Notes under the pieces: generated by a model
Database searches by the model: none
What the model was told of the DNA's origin: nothing
The model's input: only the letters and a program-made list of their open reading frames with translations
Made by a program: the position numbers and the translations under genes
Assembly: GCA_013239625.1 (NCBI GenBank)
Contig: MU054413.1
Coordinates: 10,339,109-10,403,108, forward strand
Length of the DNA stretch: 64,000 bases
Origin: Lama guanicoe
Lineage: Eukaryota
Reading direction: 5' to 3'
Shown here: positions 24,420-36,400 of the stretch, piece after piece
Layout of the letters: the number at the start of each line of letters is the position of its first letter
Position numbering within the stretch: the stretch's first letter is position 1

Positions 24420-27400
24420 CTGTCTGTCTGTCTAGGTGAGAAGGCAAGGGGTAGTGGACTAGACAGAGGTGTGGGTGAGGGCAGGTATCCACAGGCCCCT
24501 GGGGTGGCACGACAGTGGGCAGGGCATGCCTGGCCGTGCAGTGAGAACATGCCCTTGTGCGTGCATGTGTGTATGTGCCTGAAGGTTCCAGCTCGGCCAA
24601 CACTGCCAAGGGGACACTAGCATGAGTACTTGTGACAAAAGTGAGGCACGCCAGCCTGGACAAGCCTCCCTGGCTTCCTGAGCCTGACGCCCACCTAATG
24701 ACCCTTTTCTTCGCTCCCACAGGCGAAGAAGCACCATCCAACTGCATCGCGTACCCACCCTCCTCCAAGGAGAGTGAAAGTAAGGAACCACCCTCTTGGT
24801 CCTTCTGGGTTCTCTATTCTCCTGTCCTCCTCCTGGACCCAGACCCCATCCTGAACTTTGACCTCATCACCCCAAGCCCACAGAACCCCTATTCCTCCTC
24901 CTTTGCTGCTGCCCCTCCCTTTTGTTCCCTCCTCCACCTGAGCCATTGGGCTGCAACCCCCAGAAGCCCATGCTCTGTCTAAGGCCCAAAGCCTGAGGAA
25001 GCTGCATCCTGGAACCCTAGCTCCTGACTCCCTGGGTGGGGTTGTGCCCTGGCCGTGACCTTTGGCCAACATGACAGGTCCTGGGTGTCACAAGCTGTCG
25101 AGCTCGTTTTCTGTGGGCACTGCTCCTACCCACCAGCCCTCTGCCACATGGGAAGGTTGGAGGGCTGTGTGTAGGGGGATCCTCTTGGCTTGGATTCAAC
25201 TACTTAAAATTTCTTTGTTCTGCTTGTGGGGGAGGGAGGAGGAAGAGGCTCAGGAAGGGAACAGAACTGCCTTTTCTAGAGCTCCTACTATGTGCCAGAC
25301 ACCATGCCAAGTCCTTCCAAGTATCAGTGGTTTCTTGTAAGAACCCTGTGAAGTAGGTGTCACCATCTTCACTTTATATACATGGACACAGAGGCCCAGA
25401 GAGGTGACATAACACCTCAACTCACACAGCCTACGAGGGAAGCATGCTGGGAATGTCACCTTCTTCCCATGGTTGGGGAGAAGCCTAGATGTGCAGTGCC
25501 ATGGGTGGCAGTCAGCCCCCTGGTTTTGGCCCAGAGATGCCCTACAGGGGATGGGGGCACTTGCCAGGCAAGAATGTCCAGCAGCTTGGAGACAGCAGGC
25601 AAAGGGTACACGTCTTAGGGGCACCCCCTCTTCTGAGAGCTGAAGGTCTTGGCTTCCTCAGCCTTCTCTTCATTAGTGTTTATAGGGTATCTAGTGTGGA
25701 CCAGCTCCTGCTGAGTCCCCAGGGGTACAAAAGTGCAGGCCTCCTTCCTGCCCTCCAGGAGGACATACACGAAAACAGAGGCCAGGACTGGGAACAGCTC
25801 AACTACAGCCCCTGCCAAAGCCCTACTCAAAGGCCGTGGTGACTTTCTACTCAAACTATTCTTTTTTCTTTGACCCAAACAATGGACCAGCCAGGAACAA
25901 AATTAGAACACACAGTTCTATCTGAGCCAGACCCACATGGAGCTAAGAACAAGCCCCTCTGCCTGCACACCACAGAGCTCACGTGTGGCCTCGGCACCAA
26001 GCCACTGCCTTCCTCACTTTCTCCACCGGCAACTCCCTGAGGAGGGTGGAGAGGGAGCCCCCAACAGCCCCTCCCTTCCCATACAGCAGTCTCACGACTG
26101 TGCAAACACACGTCCCTGTGCATAGGACCGGGTGAGCCTCACCTGGCGGGCCCCACGAGTGTTCACTTCCCCATGACTCCATCTATCTGAGCAACCGCTA
26201 GCCCCACTTCTGCCTCCAGGAGCTTCTGCAGAAACAGGCACCTCTTCTACTGTCCCCATTTCACAGATGTGGAAACTGAGATTCAGACAGGTGAAAGGAC
26301 TTGTTCCCAGTCTCTCAGACTCCCTGAGCCAAGAGGAGAAGTCAGAGTGCCTGATTCTCAGTGTGCAAACCCTGCCTGAGTGCTGGGGCCCTCTCCTCTA
26401 TAAACGCTAATTTTCTGAGAATAAGGTGTGTGAGTTAAGTCTTGGAGACAGAGATGAGAGATGCCGGAGGGGATGATGGTAAAGAAATCAGGTGTGAAAT
26501 GGAGGAGTAGAGATTCGGGTCATTTTTCTTGATCTAGATTCTAGAGAAGCAACTGCTGGAATTAAGGGAACAGAAATCACCTGGGAAATGCCAGGAGTCT
26601 GGCTGATAAGAGCCCAAGGGTGAGGCAGAACCTTGAACTTGACTGTTAAGAGTGGGTCAAGTTTCCTTTGCTGGGTATATCGGCTCTCACGTTTTGACAT
26701 TTTCCTTCCTCTCCAATTCACAGGGATGTGCAGCCTCACTCTGGCCTCTGCTTCCCAAGCTATAGGCTGTAGGAAATTGGCTCCTTACGGGCCAAAGGGA
26801 CATGTCTGGTTCTGTCCCAGTTGTCAAGGGCAGGGGGATAGTTTCAATGAGCTCTGGACTCCTCTCTCAATCCCCTTCCAGACTCTTGGTTCTGGAGGTC
26901 TGGAGACTACAGCTGTGGTGGAGTCTTGGCACTAAAGCGGAAGTGGTCTCAGATGAAAAGGAACCTGGCTGTACTTTCGGGTGGGGTGTGGGGGCTTTGG
27001 TAAGTGCTTCCATTCTCTGGGCACCATGTGTCCATTGAGCAACTGGGAGCAACTGAGTCCCTCCCCTGCTAGCAGAGAGATAATCGGTGCTACCTAAGGT
27101 ACTGAGTCAGGGATCAAAACTTTAAATGCCCCCAGGGCCAGAGAGCTGGTGGGTGAGACAGAAGGGAGAGATAGAGACCTTGGCGAGCAGGCAGCTGCAT
27201 CTGTAAGTGCAGTTCCAACTGCTGTGCGTCAGGAGAGGGGACCAGGGTTGCCAGAGCCACTGAATTTTCAAGCAAAGCCAGAAGTCCAGATTTTACATGA
27301 ACTTTCTCAATTTTAAAATGTTGGCAACTAATTTAAAAAAATTAAGTACTCTGTTGGCCATATTTGCAACTTGATTCCATTCCGGTGAAAGGCAGTACAG

Positions 27401-30400
27401 TGAAGTGGTTAAGAGCACAGATTCTGAAATAAGCCAAGGTGCTTAACCTCTCTGTGCCTTAGTTTTCTCATCTATAAAATGGAAATGATGTTTATAATCA
27501 TACTCTCCCAGTTGTTATGAGGCTAAAATGGGTAACTATGTAAAGAAAGCCCTAAGAACCATCCCTGGCACCAAGTAAGTGCTATGTACCTGCTAGCTAT
27601 TATTATTTCTAATGCAGAATTCTAGGTCTGGCTTCATGAGTCATCTCATCCTTTCCCCTGTGCCAAGGCAGGATGGCAAGTGGATGGCAATGGACAGTGG
27701 ATACACATCCTGTTTTCTAATGGTTAGAAACAAGTGCCTGGTGACCCATGTGCTTAGTAGGCCCCAGGGCTGGCTACTGGGTACTGCCCCCCACTGCCCT
27801 TTGGAAAGAGCCCAGTCCCTGCTGCAAGACAGGTGTCTCACAGCTAGCCTTGGCACCTGATCAGTTCATGACACTTACAGCCAAGAAGCTCTTTGAATTT
27901 TCCTTCTCTAACTGCAGCCCCAGTCTCCTAATGTTATCTTTGGGAAGTAGGAGGGGAGTTGGTCTATGAAATCATCTGAATGCCCACATCGGCTTCCGGC
28001 AGCAGGGGAGGTGACAAGAGAAGAGTAGGACTGAGGAAGGTGGTACCCAAGGAGCCCTGAATTGCTGAGGGGCTGTGGTTTTTCACTGAATCCAGGAAAG
28101 GGGGCTGGGCAGCCCATCTCCCGAGATGCAGCCTCCCCAGCCTCCAGTATAGCAGGATGTTTGGTTTGCTTTCATCCAACAGTCTTCCTGGGGAACCAGG
28201 CAGTGTCACGGAACTCCCTCCTCCATATACACCCTCGGGGTGCTGGCAAGCCCAGGACAAAGACTTACTGAGCAGGCCAGGCCCTCCCATCCCACCCAGC
28301 TGTGTAAGGGCCTGGCACACTGCTTGGTGCTGGCCAGGCAGCTGCCTCTGCCAGTGCCTGATCACCTCCTCAGCAAGAGCCTGGCTCTGGTGGCTACGCT
28401 CCCGCCCCGACCCCCCAGGGACTGGCCACATTCATGGAGAGGAGTGGGGAGGCTGCGTTCTGCAGTGGAGCCTGTTGCCTCAGAGGGCAGCTGGTCCACA
28501 GAGCTGTCCCCAGACCCCTGTCTCTTGGCCCTAGCCTCAACTCCCAGCCCAAGTTGTAAGGAAACCAAGTCCTGATCCCATAGCAGGGCCACAAACAGGG
28601 AGTCTTTGCCTGGGGACAGCAGTCAGGCAGAGAGGCTGCGCCAAGCCGACAGGGAACCGGATTCAGTGGTCACTGACTGACTACACCAAATGCTGCTCAG
28701 TACCAGTCCAGAAGAGACCTGCTTTGATGACCAGATAAGAGCGCTTTGCAGCCAGCTTCTCCGTGCCCACAATAAGGTCCTGTGTTGGGGTTTAGAGATA
28801 CTCAAATGTCTGAATTATAGACTATTTTACTTTCAGTACTCCACGTCAAAGTGCAGCCTTGCTAAGATCTGCGGGGAACCTGCTTTAATGTGGAGTTGAA
28901 CTTGCTTTGTAATGAGCACAGCAACTGTTCCTGTACCAGCGGGTACTTCTAAAGTGCCTGAAAACAGCTTGTTCTCTTCCTCGGTATGAACAAACCCCTG
29001 AAAGCTTGTTTACACCGCTGGGTTGTTCAGCAACACAATGAGATATAAAAACAGCCTTTATTCCCAAATAAGTAGTGCAAAGGCAACACTGAGGCCTGTC
29101 CACCTTTCCAAAGCTCCCTGGGGCCAAGTAAGGTATCCCAGCCCATCTTTCTTGGTCAGAGGGAAGGGCTAAAATTGGGAAGGAAATGCGTTTACGCTGG
29201 TTGTGGTTCTGAGGGCACGTCTGTTCCCAGCTAAACTCCTGGAGTCAGCAGATGGACTGAAATAAATCAAACCTCCCATGCTGCTGGTGGGATCGTGAGG
29301 TGGTACAACTTTTTGGGGGAGGACAATTTAGCAATAGCCTGAAAGAAAATACACATATGCTTTGGCTCAGCACTTTCACGACTAGGGTTTTATGTACGGA
29401 TGTACTTGCCCCAGTGAGCAAAGATGCCTACGTGAGGAGTTCACTGCTACGTTATTAGTTATGTTGAAAAATGCAAACAACCTACATACCCACCAATAGG
29501 GGACTGTTTCAGTGAATTTGGGGTGAGCTATGTGATGAAGCCCTAGGCAGAATAAAGTGGATCTCAGTGCTGATACAGAGAGGTGTCCACGCTGTGCTAA
29601 GTGGGAAAAGCACTTGTCACGTGACCCCATATATGCTGTATATGCAGACGGTGTATCTAGACTATACACAAGAAAACTGCAGACAGTGATTATGTCTTTC
29701 CAGGGGGCCCAGGAAGAGGGGGAGGAGGAAACTTTTGAATATTTTTTTTAACTTGTACTTTTTTTTTGTCATTTATAAGGTTTAAAAAAATTTTAAATGT
29801 TGGGCAAGGATTCACATTTCCCTAGTTCTCACCCCAAGCTTTTTTCCTTGTGAATTATACATGTGAGATCATTTTCAGAGGCCCTGTTCTGGAACTAAGG
29901 AATCTCTCAGGGGATAAATAGGGCTTTTTATTCATTTTTTTATTGTGATAAGACATATATAATAAAAAAGGTTAAAATGGCAAATTCTGTAAGTATACAA
30001 CTCAGTGGCATTAATTACACTTAAAATGTTGTGCAATTATCACCACTATTTCCAAAAGTTTTTCATCACCTGGGCTCCTTTTGACCCTGAACTCTGTAGC
30101 ATGGGGTCTCTCTCTTTTTAGGGAACCACCTGTAGCCCAGGGTGGTCAAGCTGTTCCCAGTGGGCTGGGATGAGGACCCTTCTCTCTCTTCCCTCGAGCT
30201 GCCTCAGCTGTAAGCGTCTGGCCTAATTTCTGGGTGCTCTGGCCCGCCTTGGGGTCCCCAGACCTTTCATGCCTCTGTGAGTTATTGAGGGTCTGGCTGT
30301 GGGGCCTGGATAGAGATGGGTCCCCCTGCTCCCTGGCCTCATCTGTGGGCTTCAGCTTCCCCTCAAGAGGAACAGTGGTAATGGGGCCTCACTTGGGCTG

Positions 30401-33400
30401 CGTCTCTGTCCTTTCAGGCATTACGGCTGCCGCCCTGGCTACCAGCGCCTGCATCGTGGGCATCCTCTGCCTCCCCCTCATCCTGCTCCTGGTCTACAAG
30501 CAAAGGCAGGTGGCTTCCAACCGCCGTGAGTATCCCTTTCCTCCCTGCCTGTCTGGGTTATGTGTGAGTGACCTGCCCCAGCCCCCTGGTCAGCCCCAAA
30601 GGCCAAAGACAGGCATAATTCTGCTCTTCAAGAGACAGGAGCTGCTACAGTCCTTGCAAGGAGCTGGGCTCCGTGGTGGAGAGAGGAGACCCAGGTGTGC
30701 CACTTCTAGGGTGTGAGTGCCCACCAGCCCCTGGCAGTGCTGCCTTGGTGCTCAATAAATATCTGCTGAACGACTGACTAATCATATGGAGTAGCTCAAA
30801 TTGGTTTATAAAAATGTGGAAACTTGGAGATCTTTGGGGACCTGATTTAATGTGTGGGTAGGCTTGTTTTGGTAGTAATTTTGGGACAAAATGGCCTTTG
30901 GATTTTCAGAACTGGGAGGGATCTTGGAGACAGTTTGGTTCAGATAATGGGTGAGAAACCAAAGATCAGCCAGGTTAAATAACTAACAAAACGTTATGTA
31001 ACTCAGTAAGTGGCAGAGCTAAGATTCAGAGAGCTCTCAACTCTCGCTTCTCAGGGAATATAATCCTGAGAATCTGCATAATAAAGATGCACATCAGCAT
31101 GAGCTTCAAAGCCAACAACCCCTAACCCATAGGACTGCTGTGCCAGGTACCATGCCAGGCTTGCTGTATACATTCTCTCATGACTCCTCATAACACCTCT
31201 AAGAGTCTGATCCTACCATTGTCCCCATTTTATGGCTGAGCAAACTGAACCACAGAGGGAGTAAGTAACTCACTTAAGGAACCGCCCAGTGAGGACGTGG
31301 TAGAGCCAGGTTTCAAGTCATGGCCACAAATACCTTTTCGCCCGTCTCTTTGGGTGACAGTGCCCCTTGCCCTTCCTTTGACCCCACCCCTGAGCCTCGG
31401 CCAGTCTTAGTCTTCCAGGAGCAGGAAGGTAGGGGCCTTTGCATCGCCTCCCTGACCTCTTCCCCTCTGTCCGCTGCTCTGTCGCCAGGTGGCTTTGGCT
31501 CACACCTGACTTCTTTGGCTGGACGGTAACAACTTGATACCCCTCTGTGCCTCTGTCTGTGGGTTACTCAGGGGCTATGGCCACCTCTCCCTTCCTCTCA
31601 GGATGCCCTTATTCCTCTCACAAAACCCTAGGGCAGCCTATCTACAGAAACACCCCAGAGTGTTTGGGGGTAGGGGAGGGTAAAAGGCTTGGAGCAGAAA
31701 GAGGAAACCAGGGGCTCAACCAGGGAGAGAAATTGCTGCAGAGCTGTGGTTAGCCTGCGGTCAGCCCTTGCTCATCCTTGTGGCACTTCCACAGAGATGG
31801 GGAAGGGACGAGGAGGGAGACGTGCCCAGCTAGGCTTGGCTCCCAGATAAAGAAGTGCTTTCTGGCCCCCTTACTCCAGACCACAAGGCTAACTCCATCA
31901 GGGAGCAGGAACTGGGAAACAAATTCCAGGCAGAGGCTGGTGTTGGGTAGGGGCAGGGGGCTTTGGTGCCTCACAGCATTCCTTTCAGGGTCCCCAGGGA
32001 TTGGATCAAGACTCTGCTCATGTCCCAGGCTGGAGGGAGGAAAATCAGAGGGGACATCCCCAGGCCAAAACGCTGTGGGTGTGTCCTTAGGACATGGAGA
32101 GCCTGGGGTCAGCACACAGTATCTCCTACTCCAAGCATTGGGACACCTGAAGTCTGAGGGCTTCCCAGAGGAGGGGACAGAGGAGCTGGATGCTGAAGAA
32201 CTGCACTGAGAGATGGGTCAAGGGTGTGCAGTGGGCCATTTGGGGCTGTGCTATGACCAGTGTTGAACACATCCTCTGAAACCCTACATGAACCCTGTTT
32301 CTGTAATGGGTGGCTATCACAGTACTTTATCCCCAGATTTAATATATGTGGTAACAGAAAGGTATCAATAATATATCTAATAAAAATTTTTTGAGGCCAG
32401 TCCCCTGCCCTCTCCAAAAGAAAAAAAAAAAGAAAAGAAAAAAGAAGAAGAAGAAGAAGGAAAAATGAGTTGTATAATCGAAGGCTTAGAGACAGACACA
32501 AGAGATGCCAGGGGGGACGATGCTAGAGAAACTAGGTACAAAATGGACAGAGAGTGGAGATTCGGGTCATTTTTCTTGATCTAGACTCTACAAGAGCAGT
32601 TACTGGAATTATGGGAACAGAAGTGCCAGGAGTCTGGCCACAGGGCAGAGGCTGAGCAGCCTGGAGCGGGGCAGCAGGTTGGGGATGGAGTGGATGGGGA
32701 GTGTGTGTGGTGCAGTCTGGGCAGGACAAAAAGAGAGAAAGAGGATTGGGAGCACTGAGGAAGGCAGTGCGGAGGCAATGGGTGTAGCAAACCCTCTTGT
32801 ATTAGACGGGGACTCGGTTTCCCTTGGGCAGAGGAGAGGGGAACTGAGGGAACGTGGAGACCTGCATGGAGCCTGACGCAGTCACCCAGTAAACAAGGAG
32901 CCATGATTCCGATACCTCAGAGATTTCAGGAACTTTTGTGCAACTTCCTCCTGGGGGTTCTGTTATTGTGCCCCTCCTCTAGTGCTTGTTTCCTCATCGT
33001 AATCAGCAGGGAAGCTCTCAAAAAAAACGAGAAGAATCTGTGGGAGTACGTGGGGGAGCTGCAAGAAAGAGGGAAGTTGGGGTCGCTGCATCTGGTCGGT
33101 TTGGGGGTGGGGAACTACAAAAGTGGGGCAGGATGACAGCAGTTTAGATGCAAAGTAGAGGGTAGCAGGATGGCTGAGAAGTGAAGGGGTCTGAGGCCCC
33201 CTATGGTTCGTCTAAGAAATGTTGCCTTGGAAGCCACACTATTGGGCAATGTGGAGGATGGGACAGAGGACCAGGAACTCTAATTAGGAAGTGATCTTGC
33301 AACACTCCCACACGGTAAATCATGGGTGACCACCAGAACGTGACAGATTTCCAAACAGCAAATTCTGGAGGCAGGCCTTTGGTTGGTCCTGAATGCCTAA

Positions 33401-36400
33401 TATCACCAAGTTAAGCCCTAGGAGTAATCACTGGCTGCCTTTGGTCTCCTGGTAACAAATGTTTTCCTATATACTTGTAAAATGCAGTCCAAATTTCACT
33501 TATCCTTGGTCAAACTGAGCTGTTTACGGAGGCCTCACCTGCTGGGTAGACACGCAGAGAACTGCCATTCGGGCTTCCTGAGCCAATGGAAGTAGGATCC
33601 GGGACTGAGCACGGCCCTGCCCGGGCTTGCTCCTGCTCCCCCAGGGGCATCGGCCAGTGAGGGCAGCGATACTGTCTGGGGAAGCCTTCTCTTTCTGACT
33701 AGCTTCTCTGTCTGTCTGTCCTTAGGTGCCCAGGAGCTGGTGCGGATGGACAGGTAAGGCCCTGGAGACCTTCCCAAGAACACTTCCCACAGCTGCCCTC
33801 ACCCTGACTCAAGGCTTGGCAGGCTCTCTTTTCTTGCCTCTCCCCGGACTGCTGTCTTTGTAGGTTAGCGTCTACATCCGAACTATTTATGCAGCAGTTA
33901 ATGCATAAGGGGGAGGGGGAGCTATTAGCCAGGACAGATCTACTCTCCTGCCTTCACCAGGATCTTTTCTCCTCTCCTCCGTGGTCACTGGTTAGGGCTG
34001 AGAACACAGATATGGCCTCCCTGATGGCATCCTGATCCTTCCTGGGCCCTGGACCAGCTGTCAGGAAAGAGATAGTTCTCTGCAGTAGGGCCCCTGTTTA
34101 GCTGCCTGGCACAACTGGTTAGAAGAGCATTTGCCATCTGCCACTGAGGCTGACACATCTGTGCCGATGGGCTGTTCTCCCTGCCACTCCCCACCCAGCA
34201 GGCTGAGCTCCAACACTGCCTGGATGAGCAACGCACCCACCTCTGGGCCTCAGTGGTCAGCCAGGCTGGCGTGGGGGAGTCGGGGGGAAGCAGCTGAGCC
34301 TGAACAGACACTGAAACATGCAAAGGAGGCCAGCACACCTGGAGTTGTGGCCCCTCTCAGCACAGTGCCCCAAGGAGAAAGCTGTCAGGCCACTGCAAAC
34401 CACAAAGGCAGAGGCTGACTGGGGCTCAGAGCAGGGTGGCAGGTTGGGGATGGAACAGACAGGGAACATGTGTGGGTGCACTCTGGGCAGGAAGCTGGCA
34501 GGGAGCCTAGCACACAGGGGATGCTTGGGAATGAGCCACACTTAGGAACTTGGCCCCAGTACCGGCAATGCCAGATTCAGAGCTCCCCTGGGTGTTTGAA
34601 AGGGTGTTTCAAGACTGGTCACAGGAAGTCCTGCTACCAATCCTGCTAGAATCTCAAAGTGGGAAGGGTCCTCAGACGTTGTCCTACTCCCAAGCAGGAA
34701 GAGGGGAAGAGAATGCCTCCCCTTCAGCTCTAGACAAGCTGTGGGGACATCCAGTCCTAATGCTATTAACTCTACTGACCAAAGAAAGACTTGTCCCCAG
34801 ATTCCTGAGGCCAGTGTCCTGAGTGCCTGACCTTGGGCTTCCTGCCTGGGCCTGGGGCAGATGGTCAGACCACAGGGTGGAGCTAGGTGAAGAACTGCAC
34901 TGAGAGAAGGGTCAAGGGGGTGCAGTGGGCCAGCTGGGGCTGTGCTACAACCCTTGTTGAGCATGTCCTCTGAAACCCTACATGAACCCTGTTTCTGCGA
35001 TGGGCAGCCACTTCATAGCGCCTTATCCCCACATTTAACATATGTAGTAACAGAAATCTGACTTCCCTGGTGGAGCATCTGAAAACGCTCGGGATGCCCG
35101 GAGAGGTTTTGCAGTGTGTCTCCTGAACACTGAGAACAAGCAAGCCCCTTATGTGATCACCCTTTTGTAAAATTCGCCAATGCTTGTTGCCTAATATAAA
35201 TCATGCTCTTATTTCTAGATTAGATTTAAAATCAGGATAGGTCATGAAAGCCTAGCAAACACACTTTCCCCTACAAAAAAAAAAAAAAAAGGGGGTCACA
35301 TGCCCTCAGCTCAGGGCAGGTGGGAGAGTGCAGCCCGTGGCCTTTCTCTCTGGTCCCAGATCCTCCCTTCCTGCTATGGCTTGGGTGGGAAGGCAGGTGA
35401 GGAGAAGGGAGCAGAGAAGTGGGGCTGGTGGGGAGGGCGGAGGTCAAGTCCCATGCAGCACAGATAACCTTCAATTCTGATTTTCCAGCAGCAACATTCA
35501 AGGAATTGAAAATCCTGGCTTTGAGATCTCTCCACCCTCCCAGAGGATGCCAGAGGCCAAACCCAGGCCCCCACTGTCCTACGTGGCCCAGCGGCAGCCT
35601 TCTGAGTCTGGGCGGCACCTGCTCTCTGAACCCAACACTCCTCTGTCTCCGCCAGGCCCTGGGGATGTCTTCTTCCCCTCCCTAGGTTGGTGCTTCTTCC
35701 GCCTTCACAGCATGATGGCTTGCAAGGTCATGACCTCTCCATGGCCTGCAGGGCAGGAGTTTCACTCCCTACCCTTCCTGGGAAGTCCTCACAGCCTCAT
35801 GGTGTGGGGTTGGGGGATGAAGGACAGAGGAACTCCCCCCTTCACTCTGCTTCTCCTTTTTTTTGCAGACCCTGTTCCTGACTCCCCAAACTCTGAGGCC
35901 ATCTAGACCAGCCGGGGGCCAGTGGGCCGTTGTGGCTGGGCCTGGGGCAGGTGCATTTAAGGCAGGGCTGGCCCTCTGAGTGGTCCCTTGGCCTTGGCCC
36001 TGGTTTCCTCCTTCTTGCTCTAAGCCCAGACTCTGAGATTCCCCTGATGGCCAGACCCTCAACCCCTCTGGATGCTACACAACAGAAGGGAGGTGTTGGA
36101 TTGCTCAACTCCTGTCTCAAGGATGCTGGGGTGCTGAGATCCGACTCCAGAGACTGGAAATTCACCAGCTACTGTGCTAAATGACCTACATCCCAGAATT
36201 GCCAGCTCTGTGGCAGCTTCTCTCCCTGGGACATGAGCCTTGGGACCGGACAGCATAGTTGGGCTCCGGGCAGACCTCCCAGTGCTATCCTCCCAGGCAA
36301 GACACACAGGACAGGATGTGGAGAGACTCCTCCCAACTGTGGCGGACCAGCTCTCCCACCTTGCCTGGGGCTGTGCATCTGTCAGACCCACTCTTTGTAA

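Noticed and set aside
24052-24768. 238-aa minus-strand ORF
   Set aside because: Antisense to VSIR exons 2-3 and runs through a (CA)n microsatellite (THTHTH); no coding hallmarks
24098-24982. Read-through of VSIR exon 2 or 3 donors giving soluble isoforms
   Set aside because: Open frames exist (stops at 24234 and 24982), but I found no nearby poly(A) signal, and both donors are strong
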